From a virus (lineage: Duplodnaviria > Heunggongvirae > Uroviricota > Caudoviricetes): a stretch of DNA of 41,535 nt. How positions within the stretch are numbered: the stretch's first letter is position 1; every line of letters starts with the position of its first letter. Below the pieces are notes generated by a model, which ran no database searches, was not told the origin of the DNA, and worked only from the letters and a program-made list of their open reading frames with translations. Made by a program: the position numbers and the translations under genes. Where the stretch lies: IMG/VR virus record IMGVR_UViG_2541047945_000010; one strand, 5' to 3'. Positions 25,753-35,815 of the stretch are shown in pieces.

Positions 25753-26272
25753 TCAGCAACCCCGGTATCAGTTCATCCAGCGCGGCTGCTTTGTTCATGG
25801 CTTTGATGATATCCCGTTTCAGGAAATCAACATGTCGGTTTTCCAGTTCCGGAAAACGCCGCTGCACCGACAGGGGGATCCCGTCGAGAATACTGGCAAT
25901 TTCACCTGCGATCCGCGACAGCACGAAAGTACAGAATGCGGTTTCCACCACTTCAGCGGAGTCTCTGGCATTTTTCAGCTCCTGTGCGTCGGCCTGCGCA
26001 CGCGTAAGTCGATGGCGTTCGTACTCAATAGTCCCTGGCTGGAGATCTGTCTCGCTGGCCTGCCGCAGTTCTTCAACTTCCCGGCGCAGCTTTTCGTTCT
26101 CAATTTCAGCATCCCTTTCGGCATACCATCTTATAACGGCGGCAGAGTCATAAAGCACCTCATTACCCTTGCCACCGCCTCGCAGAACGGGCATTCCCTG
26201 TTCCTGCCAGTTCTGAATGGTACGGATACTCGCACCGAAAATGTCAGCCAGCTGCTTTTTGTTGACTTCCAT
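25727..26272 (-). CDS. nu1: terminase small subunit Nu1
   Basis: 181 aa, MEVNKKQLADIFGASIRTIQNWQEQGMPVLRGGGKGNEVLYDSAAV... essentially lambda Nu1 as recalled. Confidence 0.95.
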
Positions 26273-26439
26273 TGTTCATTCCACGGCCAAAAACAGAGAA
26301 AGGAAACGACAGAGGCCCAAAAGCTCGTTTTCAGCACCTGTCGTTTCCTTTCTTTTCAGGGGGTATTTTAAATAAAAACATTAAGTTACGACGAAGAAGA
26401 ACGGAAATGCCTTAAACCGGAAAATTTTCATAAATAGCG

Positions 26440-26475
26440 AAAACCCGCGAGGTCGCCGCCCCGTAACCTGTCGGA
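26440..26475 (-). promoter_or_regulatory. lambda-type cos site (cosN cohesive-end sequence GGGCGGCGACCT at 26450..26461, with cosQ-like CGACAGGTTACG adjacent)
   Basis: Minus strand reads ...CGACAGGTTACG GGGCGGCGACCT CGCGGGTTTTCGCTATTTATGAAAATTTTCCGG..., matching the lambda right-end/left-end junction as recalled, about 180 bp upstream of Nu1. Confidence 0.8.
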
Positions 26476-26660
26476 TCGCCGGAAAGGACCCGCAAAATGA
26501 TAATAATTATCATCTGCATGTCACAACGTGCATCTACGCCATCAAACCACGTCAAATAATCAATTATGACGCAGGTATCATATTAATTGATCTGCATCAA
26601 CTTAACGTAAAAACAACTTCAGACAATACAAATCAGCGACACTGAATACGGGGCAACCTC

Positions 26661-26894
26661 ATGTCAACGAAGAACAGAACCCGCAGAACAACAACCCGCA
26701 ACATCCGCTTTCCTAACCAAATGATTGAACAAATTAACATCGCTCTTGAGCAAAAAGGGTCCGGGAATTTCTCAGCCTGGGTCATTGAAGCCTGCCGCCG
26801 GAGACTGTGCTCAGAAAAAAGAGTTTCTTCTGAAGCAAACAAAGAAAAGAGTGACATTACTGAATTGCTCAGAAAACAGGTCAGACCAGATTGA
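26661..26894 (+). CDS. ynfO: small ribbon-helix-helix-like protein (YnfO-like, 77 aa)
   Basis: 77-aa ORF; segment NIRFPNQMIEQINIALEQKGSGNFSAWVIEACRRRL has beta-strand/helix/helix pattern typical of Arc/CopG RHH domains; Arg/Thr-rich N-terminus. Confidence 0.55.
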   Translation: MSTKNRTRRTTTRNIRFPNQMIEQINIALEQKGSGNFSAWVIEACRRRLCSEKRVSSEANKEKSDITELLRKQVRPD

Positions 26895-26951
26895 AGCAAT
26901 TTAGATAATCGTGCAGACTACGCCCCCTCATATCACATGGAAGGTTTATCT

Positions 26952-27362
26952 ATGGATCAGGTAGTCATTTTTAAACAAATATTTGATAAAGTTCGAAACG
27001 ATTTAAACTATCAATGGTTTTATTCTGAGCTAAAACGTCACAATGTCTCACATTACATTTACTATTTAGCCACAGAGAATGTTCATATTGTATTAAAAAA
27101 TGATAATACAGTGTTATTAAAGGGCCTAAAAAACATTGTGTCTGTCAAATTTTCAAAGGATAGGCATCTTATAGAAACGACCTCTAATAAGCTGAAATCC
27201 AGAGAGATCACATTTCAGGAATACAGAAGAAACCTTGCTAAAGCAGGAGTTTTTCGGTGGGTTACAAATATCCACGAACAAAAAAGATATTACTATACCT
27301 TTGATAATTCATTACTATTTACTGAAAGCATCCAGAAAACTACACAGATCTTACCACGCTAA
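26952..27362 (+). CDS. ydfO: DUF1398-family protein (YdfO-like)
   Basis: ORF 26937..27362 (141 aa); probable start at ATG 26952 ([43 protein letters not shown]...), 136 aa. Confidence 0.6.
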
Positions 27363-27516
27363 ACCATAACGTCCGGCTTCTCTCACTCCTGAGCCGGACT
27401 GCATTGGTTTAATAAAAACCATCAACAATTGTGATTTAGATATTCGGAACCATTCAAATATAACAAAACCCCGTAAAAACGAGGTTTATGGATAAATTTT
27501 ATTATTGAATACATCA

Positions 27517-27690
27517 GATTAAATTAATCTTGACATCATAGCTTTCAAGACCCGTCATTTTTTCCCGTGCGGTAAACTGAATACTGGTAACTTCTTTCCC
27601 GGTCTTTTTCTTAAGTTCAATAATTTTTTTTGTTATATATTCAGAAATATCTGCTTCTGCTTTTGTTTTTAAGTTTTCAATATTCATCAT
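27517..27690 (-). CDS. gnsB: GnsA/GnsB-family small protein (57 aa)
   Basis: Translated by hand from the minus strand: MMNIENLKTKAEADISEYITKKIIELKKKTGKEVTSIQFTAREKMTGLESYDVKINLI; below the ORF-track length cutoff. Confidence 0.8.
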
Positions 27691-27858
27691 TTCCTCTTTT
27701 AGTCTGTTATGACTTTCCAGTTACACAGTAAGTCGATTATATGGTGCAAACGTGTAAAAGATAAGATGAAACATCGCAATAATCAACATACGATAGTCTA
27801 AATTTTACACAAACAGACAAAGAGAATTTTCCTGAATTATCAATGCAATAGCATCAAA

Positions 27859-28089
27859 TCAACTCAAGAGCCTTATTGCTGCTTCCAGAATTTCTTCTGA
27901 AGTAACATGTCGATCCGCGGCTACATAAATGACTTTATGATCTCCGGTCAGAGATGGAAACCCTGCGGCCATTACAGTAAGGTGTGTTTTTTCGCCATTT
28001 GGATATTCACGCATGATGGTGTTAACTCCAGTCATCGCTGGCACTACCACTGCTGGTTCAGAGTTAAAAAAAACTATGATTTTTTTCAT
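27859..28089 (-). CDS. hypothetical prophage protein (YnfN-like position)
   Basis: ORF 27859..28131 begins with TTG; more likely ATG at 28089 (MKKIIVFFNSEPAVVVPAMTGVNTIMREYPNGEKTHLTVMAAGFPSLTGDHK...). Identity not recognised with certainty. Confidence 0.4.
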   Translation of the reverse strand: MKKIIVFFNSEPAVVVPAMTGVNTIMREYPNGEKTHLTVMAAGFPSLTGDHKVIYVAADRHVTSEEILEAAIRLLS

Positions 28090-28137
28090 GATGTTACCGT
28101 AGTATGTGAGTATCCATCGAATAGACACCAAGCAAAA

Positions 28138-28160
28138 AAGCTCCCGAAGGAGCCTTCATT
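28138..28160 (-). terminator. intrinsic terminator-like hairpin downstream of cspI
   Basis: Minus strand ggctcc-ttcg-ggagc followed by tttttt. Confidence 0.4.
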
Positions 28161-28360
28161 TTCACTTTTTTAAATCCAACGACAGACGGCTGGCATTTAA
28201 GTATTGTGAAATATTATCAAATGTAATCATCATTGATTTACAAAAGATACATTTTGCCCCGAAAGGATTCATGTCAGAAACATCAAAAGATGATGTTCTA
28301 TACTGGGAACCATGACAACACGGGCATCTAAAGTGAATATGGTTTGTAATATTGTCTACC

Positions 28361-28573
28361 TCAAAGCGCCACTACATGAACAGCGGCAGGACCTTTAGGT
28401 CCGTTCTCAATACCAAATTCAACTTCCTGATTCTCAGTTAATGTTTTGAAATCGTTGCTCTGAATTGCTGAGAAATGGACAAACACATCTTTGCTGCCAT
28501 CTTTCGGCGTGATGAAACCAAAACCTTTTTCAGGGTTAAACCATTTCACTAAACCAGTCATTTTGTTAGACAT
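28361..28573 (-). CDS. cspI: cold-shock protein CspI (CspA family)
   Basis: 70 aa, [70 protein letters not shown]; about 360-bp untranslated leader region upstream (28574..28935). Confidence 0.9.
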   Translation of the reverse strand: MSNKMTGLVKWFNPEKGFGFITPKDGSKDVFVHFSAIQSNDFKTLTENQEVEFGIENGPKGPAAVHVVAL

Positions 28574-28935
28574 AATTATTACCTTTTGAAGAAATTAGCC
28601 CTTGGGCAGAATGGTCCGAAAAAAAATATCAGAGAGAAAAACCAACAAGGAAATCTCAAGAGGTACAAATAATAAAATTATAACAATGACTGCTTCAGAT
28701 AAATTTGTAACAAACCAGAACACCATTAACGCATGATTAACCACCCATAGCAAGGATTACTTTTGTAAAGAAAAACACAGCAATGAAAGAATAGCTTTAT
28801 TTATTAATAAAACGTGTCATTCTGATTAAGACCTTTTATCTTACCCTTAAGATTTCAGGAATTTTGGCTCATGGAAGAGTCCTTTTTATTTAAATTTTAC
28901 ATTCCGCGATGTAAATGTTCCGATTTAATATTACC

Positions 28936-29959
<1,024 letters not shown>

Positions 29960-29963
<4 letters not shown>

Positions 29964-30271
29964 AGATATTTATGATGAGGACGCTCGTGCTTATTGGCAG
30001 GATTTTCAATCTTAAAGGAGTACTGATGCTGCAGATAAGACTCAACTTTTTCTGACAATTTTTCTGCTACTTCCAGGAAGACTTGCCGGACGCTCCTTCT
30101 GGCTGCTGCCTCATAAAACTCCAGCGCAGCTCCTTCAACACGGTCCATGGCGACATCCAGGTCAAAAATTTCACCGTCAAAGCGTTCTTTGTCCTGTAAG
30201 GCTACAGTTACCGTAACTTTATTCTCAAAATTACGGACTCCTTTCACAACCAGTTCATAGTCTTGAGTCAT
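29960..30271 (-). CDS. ydfR: hypothetical protein inserted between holin and endolysin (YdfR-like)
   Basis: 103-aa ORF overlapping the endolysin start by 4 nt; no recognisable motif. Confidence 0.55.
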
Positions 30272-30275
30272 TGGA

Positions 30276-30491
30276 TTACTCTCCTCTCGCAGCCTTACGC
30301 CTGTCTTCTTTAATCTTGAAATAAAGATTTGTCAGATACGTCAGCAGGCCAAAAACCAGGCTACCCAGCACACCGATTGCAGCCCACTGTGACGGAGTTA
30401 CTTTATCGAGTAACTGCAATGCCCAGAAACCAGCATTACCCGCCGATGTGCCATAGGCAACACCTGTTGTTAACTTATCCATTGATTTCAT
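30276..30491 (-). CDS. essQ: class II holin / pinholin, phage-21 S type
   Basis: ORF 30276..30566; probable dual-start N-terminus [71 protein letters not shown] (71 aa), very close to S21 as recalled. Confidence 0.85.
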   Translation of the reverse strand: MKSMDKLTTGVAYGTSAGNAGFWALQLLDKVTPSQWAAIGVLGSLVFGLLTYLTNLYFKIKEDRRKAARGE

Positions 30492-30710
30492 ATCCTCACC
30501 CCGATGTACACGGATGGTGCAATATGTTTGAAAAGATCGGAGTCTACGGGGTAGTTTTGACAGCACACGTTGTTCTCAACGGCGCTAAAAAAACATACAC
30601 ATTAAAAATGTGGGTAATTATTTTGAAAGAAAGTCATATATAAAATAATAATACGAGAAATGTTTTCATATTTAGTGTACTGTATACGGCCATTTATACA
30701 GGAAAAGCCT

Positions 30711-30881
30711 ATGTCAGAACGTAAAAACTCAAAATCACGCCGTAATTATCTCGTTAAATGTTCCTGCCCAAACTGCACCCAAGAGTCAGAACACAGTTTT
30801 TCAAGAGTACAAAAAGGTGCCCTTTTGATCTGCCCTCATTGCAACAAAGTATTCCAGACAAATCTTAAAGCTGTAGCCTGA
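30711..30881 (+). CDS. small zinc-ribbon protein (two Cys pairs: CSCPNC ... CPHC), hypothetical
   Basis: ORF 30660..30881; ATG at 30711 preceded by AGGAAA gives 56 aa MSERKNSKSRRNYLVKCSCPNCTQESEHSFSRVQKGALLICPHCNKVFQTNLKAVA; opposite strand to the late operon. Confidence 0.4.
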   Translation: MSERKNSKSRRNYLVKCSCPNCTQESEHSFSRVQKGALLICPHCNKVFQTNLKAVA

Positions 30882-30942
30882 TTGATTTTATTAGTAACAA
30901 GTATTTTTTATATTTTAATAATATATTTAAAGCAGATAATAA

Positions 30943-30965
30943 AAAACCCGCCTGAGCGGGTTTGA
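30943..30965. terminator. bidirectional terminator-like hairpin
   Basis: aaaaaa-cccgc-ctga-gcggg-ttt; stronger U-run on the minus strand (downstream of cspB). Confidence 0.4.
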
Positions 30966-31244
30966 GATTGTGGTGCTTTTTGTGGGAGTCATCCACTTAC
31001 GCACTTTGTTTTGCCATGCCAGCAGTTAGCTTCTGCTGTAAAACTATTCATGCAGCAAACCTGCACTTCACCACAATGGTTAGCATACTTTTCCTGATTA
31101 AGATTTTGCCAAATATGCTAGCCATTGTTTCATGTATTGGACCTCCTTACTTTTTATTAAAGAGATCCAATATTCACTACTCTGTCCGTATCTCTACTCA
31201 GGCATCAGCCTTCTTCGTTATCGTATACAGACGAGCGATGAATT

Positions 31245-31460
31245 TTAATCAGTAATGATGACATTTGCTGCTGCAGGACCTTTAGCACCACTCTCTATAG
31301 AGAAGGTAACCTTTTGACCTTCAAATAAGGTTCGATAATTATCATTCTGAATCGCAGAAAAATGCACAAACACATCTTTACTACCATCAACAGGAGAAAT
31401 AAAGCCGAAACCTTTATCAGCGTTAAACCATTTTACTAAACCAGTCATTTTATTTGACAT
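31245..31460 (-). CDS. cspB: cold-shock protein CspB (CspA family)
   Basis: 71 aa, [71 protein letters not shown]. Confidence 0.9.
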   Translation of the reverse strand: MSNKMTGLVKWFNADKGFGFISPVDGSKDVFVHFSAIQNDNYRTLFEGQKVTFSIESGAKGPAAANVIITD

Positions 31461-31760
31461 TCTACATTCCTTAACTTGAGCCTTTCGGCATAAATGGTTT
31501 GCATAACAGAAACGACTTCGTACTTAATTGGAGAGACTCAAAGAAGGAATAAGTGAATAACACCTGAAATGAGAACTGCTTTAGTAAACTACTTCGTATA
31601 TCGTCTGTTCTTCAAACCGACGCAATCATTAACGCATAGTTGAACATATGAAGCAATGTTTATTTTAGACATCCAGCCATCTTCAACCCCATCAAAAAAC
31701 TATAGCTTTCTTCAGGAACGTGTGTATAGTGCGCCAAGTTATCAGTATTAAGGAATTTTT

Positions 31761-31973
31761 TTGTCCCGTAAAATGACAGGAATTGTCAAAACCTTTGACG
31801 GCAAAAGCGGCAAGGGTCTTATCACCCCATCCGATGGTCGTATCGATGTCCAGCTTCATGTTTCAGCGCTCAATCTCCGCGATGCAGAAGAAATTACCAC
31901 CGGATTACGCGTGGAATTTTGCCGGATAAATGGTCTGCGTGGCCCTTCAGCTGCCAATGTTTACCTTTCATGA
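31761..31973 (+). CDS. cspF: cold-shock-domain protein CspF (divergent CspA-family member)
   Basis: 70 aa, [70 protein letters not shown]; divergently arranged with cspB across a 300-bp region. Confidence 0.9.
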
Positions 31974-32261
31974 GCTATATTAAAGCTTTAATTTCAGGCC
32001 CCATCGGATCACACATGGAGAGTTTTTATGAATAACCCCGTCTGTCTTGATGACTGGTTGATTGGCTTTAAAAGCTTATGCTGTACTTTGGCCGTAATAG
32101 CTCTGCTAATAATATAATAAGCAGACTCATTGTGTTTAGGGACATTGTACTGGAAGAAAACATTTTAAACATCAGGCAAATAACCAAGTCACCAGCTAAA
32201 TAATAAGTTAACAGACATGAGTCCCGGGATGAGATTCAACATTACCATTGCCCCATTTAAA

Positions 32262-32292
32262 GCACAAAACCCGCTCATCAGCGGGTTTTCTA
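32262..32292 (-). terminator. candidate tR' late terminator (bidirectional hairpin)
   Basis: cccgct-catc-agcggg stem flanked by A-run and T-run; on the minus strand it lies about 50 nt downstream of the candidate PR' promoter. Confidence 0.45.
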
Positions 32293-32334
32293 CTTTTTCT
32301 TAACGTCGGGTATACAAAGCCCATCGTTGAAAAA

Positions 32335-32363
32335 ATTTTATCCATATTTTTTGAAAAATGCAA
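32335..32363 (-). promoter_or_regulatory. candidate late promoter PR' downstream of Q (-35 TTGCAT, 17-bp spacer, -10 TAAAAT)
   Basis: Minus-strand TTGCAT (plus 32358..32363) and TAAAAT (plus 32335..32340) separated by 17 bp, located 30-60 nt after the Q stop codon (32395..32397). Confidence 0.4.
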
Positions 32364-32394
32364 ACATCATGTCGCCATCTTCAGCAAAAATCAT

Positions 32395-33147
32395 TTATCT
32401 CGTCACCTTCCTCAATTGCGCTTCCGCGTATGCTTCTTCCTGCCAGCACTTTGTTACCAGTTTACCAATGACGTCCGCATACCCCTTATACCACTGATAA
32501 TCGGTCAGGTCTGGTACCAGCTTCTGGACATGACGTCGTGCCAGCGTGGTCGGTAAACGACTAAACCGGTTTCCATTACAACGCCCACAAATCTTATATA
32601 CCGGTACGCCATGAAACCGGGTTCTTTTTTCATCCAGAACAATCCCTTTACCCTTACACCCTCTGCACGCTGTGCTGGCTTCGCCCTTACCATGGCAATG
32701 CTGACATAGTTCCTTCACCCATTCTTCCTTGATTACAGATTCCCCGCGTCTGTAGTGTTTCACCACTTCGCGCAATACATTATAAAATCCCGTACCTGAA
32801 CAATGCTCACAGCGAGCCTTACTTGCCGCAGACCTGGAGTAATCAGCAAAGGCAAAACTCACGAGGTAAGGAATAATCTGTAACCGGATTTCTTCACTCA
32901 ATTTGTTCAATGTCGGGTTATCCAGTGCCATCGCGTAATTTAGCAGGCCTTCAATCGCAAACTGAGGGTCCTGAACACCAACTTTTGCCAGAAATAAGGC
33001 CAACCCAAGTGGTGCTTTCGACTGCACCATCCCCTGCGCTGCCATTACATCCGTAATTGTTAAACAACCGGTGCCTGTCGCTGGAGCGTCATCGCTCAAT
33101 TTTGGAGATTTTGGGGAGTAATATTTTGGTAAGGCTTCAAGGTTCAT
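32395..33147 (-). CDS. quuQ: late gene antiterminator Q
   Basis: ORF 32395..33177; probable 250-aa product from ATG at 33147 (MNLEALPKYYSPKSP...); Cys-rich zinc-binding region (CEHCSGTG, CQHCHGKG, CRGCKGKG, CGRCNG). Confidence 0.85.
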   Translation of the reverse strand: MNLEALPKYYSPKSPKLSDDAPATGTGCLTITDVMAAQGMVQSKAPLGLALFLAKVGVQDPQFAIEGLLNYAMALDNPTLNKLSEEIRLQIIPYLVSFAFADYSRSAASKARCEHCSGTGFYNVLREVVKHYRRGESVIKEEWVKELCQHCHGKGEASTACRGCKGKGIVLDEKRTRFHGVPVYKICGRCNGNRFSRLPTTLARRHVQKLVPDLTDYQWYKGYADVIGKLVTKCWQEEAYAEAQLRKVTR

Positions 33148-33160
33148 GCTCGTTCTCCAC

Positions 33161-34210
33161 TTACGCCAGTACGCCAATTGTCAGCGCGCGATCGATAAAA
33201 CGAAATATCAGCTCCAGTTGGGAGCCATACTTATCTTCAAATGCCACTGTATCCGTATGCAGCTCGTTGTGATGCTTTCTGCACAAAGGCAACACAAAGA
33301 GATCATGTGCTTTTGTTCCCATTCCGCCCTGCCCGTGACCAATCAGATGATGCGGATCGTCGGCTGGCATACCGCAGCAAGCACACGGCTGTGTCTTAAC
33401 CCAACGTGTGTATTTCTCCTTAACCCAGCGGCGACGTTTAGGCAGCTTCATGAAAGATTCCGGAGACTCTGGATCAACGGTGATGCTTACCACCGTCTTT
33501 TCCTGTGGTGATTTTTGTTGCTGGTGGGCGTAAGGCAACGGTGCAAGATTTTTTGTGCGTTGTTTCAATATGCTGGTGGCGGTCTGCTCTCCCGGTACGA
33601 TGTCGCTTTCGCGGTACACCGAGCAGATTTTTTCCGCTGGTAATCCCAGCGAACGACGCGATACAGCCTCAGGTAGTGCATCCACCACCTGATTGCAGAC
33701 CGCCCACCAGGATAATTCAGCCAAAGATAATTCCCGCTCCTGCGTACCGCTTATTGCGTGACGGATGACGTCAATCACCCATGCTGTCAGATTTTGTTGA
33801 GCAAGCAGCTCCAGTGATTCCGATGTCTGGTCACGCAGTTGGTTGTCGCAGTGCCAGCACAACACCATTGCGCCGGTACCATAACGGTGAATGACTGTTT
33901 CAGTGTGATGGTAATCGCCATTAGGCCACTGGCAGGATGTAACATGACGTAATAGCCAGTCGGACAATGCGCCAACGCCGCCAGCAGCACGAATCACCCG
34001 TTCGTTACTAAAAAACGGCAGCAATGTTTTGTCTTCCGCCAGCGGCTGGCGAACGGCAGGAACGACTCCGGATGGCAGATTACGCATGCTTTTTGGTTCC
34101 GGTTCCACCAGCACTCGAGGATTATGAAATATCTGTATGGATTCACGGCCCGGCTTAAGGACCACCAGCCCAAGCTCAGGCACCAGAACAGGTCTAAGTA
34201 ATACCCGCAC
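33161..34210 (-). CDS. ydfU: DUF968-type prophage protein with C-terminal Cys/His zinc-finger or HNH-like motif (YdfU-like)
   Basis: ORF 33161..34249 (362 aa; possible GTG start at 34210 giving 349 aa); C-terminal CACCG...HHLIGHGQGG...CRKHHNELH. Confidence 0.65.
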   Translation of the reverse strand: MRVLLRPVLVPELGLVVLKPGRESIQIFHNPRVLVEPEPKSMRNLPSGVVPAVRQPLAEDKTLLPFFSNERVIRAAGGVGALSDWLLRHVTSCQWPNGDYHHTETVIHRYGTGAMVLCWHCDNQLRDQTSESLELLAQQNLTAWVIDVIRHAISGTQERELSLAELSWWAVCNQVVDALPEAVSRRSLGLPAEKICSVYRESDIVPGEQTATSILKQRTKNLAPLPYAHQQQKSPQEKTVVSITVDPESPESFMKLPKRRRWVKEKYTRWVKTQPCACCGMPADDPHHLIGHGQGGMGTKAHDLFVLPLCRKHHNELHTDTVAFEDKYGSQLELIFRFIDRALTIGVLA

Positions 34211-34211
34211 G

Positions 34212-34490
34212 TTACCTCCAGATCCGTTGCTGGAAAGTGCGGGACGCACGTGGTGGGCGTCCGGAATAAGGCAGCCTGACAGAGATTATCCAGTGCCGAT
34301 AGTCGAGACTGAGAGCTTTCTTAACCTCGAACCCGCGCCTGCGGTAAGAATGAATCAGCCATTCGGCCTGTTCTGCAGTGCATGGAGGGTGCTGGAACCA
34401 TTCAGACTTGAATGCGTGAGAATACCGCCCGTGCGTGCAGGCAAGAACGGGCGAATTATCAGAATTGTAATATTTTGCGTTGCGTGCCAT
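34212..34490 (-). CDS. hypothetical 92-aa protein
   Basis: ORF between the Rem-like gene and the YdfU-like gene (MARNAKYYNSDNSPVLACTHGRYSHAFKSEWFQHPPCTAEQAEWLIHSYRRRG...); no recognisable motif. Confidence 0.3.
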   Translation of the reverse strand: MARNAKYYNSDNSPVLACTHGRYSHAFKSEWFQHPPCTAEQAEWLIHSYRRRGFEVKKALSLDYRHWIISVRLPYSGRPPRASRTFQQRIWR

Positions 34491-34556
34491 CGGTTTTCTC
34501 CGGTGGCACGGTGTTACTCAGCGGGAGTTCAGCCCCGCGCAAGATTGTAGATGAGT

Positions 34557-34808
34557 TTATTCTCCTGAAAAAGCAGAAAAGCCAGCTTTTATTCCGATCT
34601 CTTTCAATGCCTGTAATGAAGTGACAAACTCACCTTCGCGCAAGATAAATCCGTCCGTGACCCGAGCATCCACAAAATTAATTAACGCAGCCCCATTCTT
34701 TCGCAAACACATAATGCGGTAATGACTAACAAGATTTCCATTTTCAACGCACACAGCATAGAGGCCATCTTCACAAAAAATTTTACGCAGTTCTTCGATG
34801 TTCATCAT
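34557..34808 (-). CDS. rem: Rem-like small prophage protein (83 aa)
   Basis: 83-aa ORF MMNIEELRKIFCEDGLYAVCVENGNLVSHYRIMCLRKNGAALINFVD...; position between ydfU and hokD as in Qin (recalled). Confidence 0.5.
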   Translation of the reverse strand: MMNIEELRKIFCEDGLYAVCVENGNLVSHYRIMCLRKNGAALINFVDARVTDGFILREGEFVTSLQALKEIGIKAGFSAFSGE

Positions 34809-34927
34809 CAGAATCCTTCCGGATAATTAGCTCTCCCCTTTAAGGGACCATCCCTCTTATCCCTGCGCGCTACTTAAGTATTTTTGATTCTATTCCGGCA
34901 CCGTCCAGAACTTCAAACGCGTTGAAA

Positions 34928-34956
34928 ATAAAAACAAAAACCCGCCGAAGCGGGTT
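34928..34956 (-). terminator. intrinsic terminator downstream of the relB-relE-hokD operon
   Basis: Minus strand cccgc-ttcg-gcggg followed by tttttgtttttatttt, about 70 nt after the hokD stop. Confidence 0.55.
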
Positions 34957-35024
34957 AAGTGCGGGTGCGTTGAGGATGCCTGCCACATCAGAGGTGGCGA
35001 GGGATTTCTCCCCCGCCGGGTCTC

Positions 35025-35180
35025 TTACTCCTCAGGTTCGTAAGCTGTGAAGACAGCGACCTCCGTCTGGCCGGTTCGGATTCGTACCTCGCAGAGGTCT
35101 TTCCTCGTTACCAGTGCCGTCACTATGACGGTTAAACAGATGACGATCAGGGCGATTAACATCGCCTTTTGCTGCTTCAT
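35025..35180 (-). CDS. hokD: Hok-family type I toxin HokD (RelF), 51 aa
   Basis: Translated by hand: MKQQKAMLIALIVICLTVIVTALVTRKDLCEVRIRTGQTEVAVFTAYEPEE; below the ORF-track length cutoff. Confidence 0.9.
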   Translation of the reverse strand: MKQQKAMLIALIVICLTVIVTALVTRKDLCEVRIRTGQTEVAVFTAYEPEE

Positions 35181-35251
35181 AGCCTGCTTCTCCTGTCAAC
35201 GCAAAGCAGAAGTGTCACCTTCGGTGCGAAACAGAGATGTCATGCTTTGGT

Positions 35252-35539
35252 TCAGAGAATGCGTTTGACCGCCTCGCTATATACTTCCGAGCGTTCTCTT
35301 TTCCCAACAGAAATCACGAAAACGACAACTTTCTCGTCTATAACCTGGTATACAAGGCGATAGCCTGAAGACCGGAGCTTAATCTTGTAACAATCAGGCA
35401 TACCACGGAGCTTGTTTGCTTCAATCCGGGGTGACTCAAGTACTTCAACCAGCTTCTTTTTCAACTGTTCACGTACCGTCGAGCCCAGCTTTCGCCATTC
35501 CTTTAGTGCCCGCTCGTCAAAATCCAGAAAATACGCCAT
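35252..35539 (-). CDS. relE: RelE mRNA interferase toxin
   Basis: 95 aa, MAYFLDFDERALKEWRKLGSTVREQLKKKLVEVLESPRIEANKLRGMPDCYKIKLRSSGYRLVYQVIDEKVVVFVISVGKRERSEVYSEAVKRIL. Confidence 0.95.
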   Translation of the reverse strand: MAYFLDFDERALKEWRKLGSTVREQLKKKLVEVLESPRIEANKLRGMPDCYKIKLRSSGYRLVYQVIDEKVVVFVISVGKRERSEVYSEAVKRIL

Positions 35540-35778
35540 CAGAGTTCATCCAGCGTCACACGTACTGGCTTAGGATTACGAAGCCGTTCTTTCACTATCT
35601 CCACAAGTTCAGCATCTTCATCACTCAGGAGTGTCTGTTTGAACGGCAAGCGTTCATTGTCAGCGATATACTCGAGCATGAGACGAAGCGCTTCAGAAGG
35701 AGTTACACCCATTTTTTCAAGCGCGGCGTAAGAACGCGCTTTAAGTTCATCGTCAATACGCAGGTTAATGCTACCCAT
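35539..35778 (-). CDS. relB: RelB antitoxin (RHH)
   Basis: 79 aa, MGSINLRIDDELKARSYAALEKMGVTPSEALRLMLEYIADNERLPFKQ...; overlaps relE start by 1 nt. Confidence 0.95.
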   Translation of the reverse strand: MGSINLRIDDELKARSYAALEKMGVTPSEALRLMLEYIADNERLPFKQTLLSDEDAELVEIVKERLRNPKPVRVTLDEL

Positions 35779-35789
35779 GTCTTACACCT

Positions 35790-35815
35790 CTTGTAATTAC
35801 AAATGTCATTACAAG
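35790..35815 (-). promoter_or_regulatory. relO operator palindrome in the relBE promoter
   Basis: Minus strand CTTGTAATGACATTTGTAATTACAAG, 12-37 bp upstream of the relB start. Confidence 0.7.

Noticed and set aside
35025-35180. Sok-like antisense RNA partner for hokD
   Set aside because: hokD here is the distal gene of the relBE operon (RelF arrangement), where a dedicated Sok RNA is not expected; I did not identify a convincing antisense promoter and terminator pair by eye.
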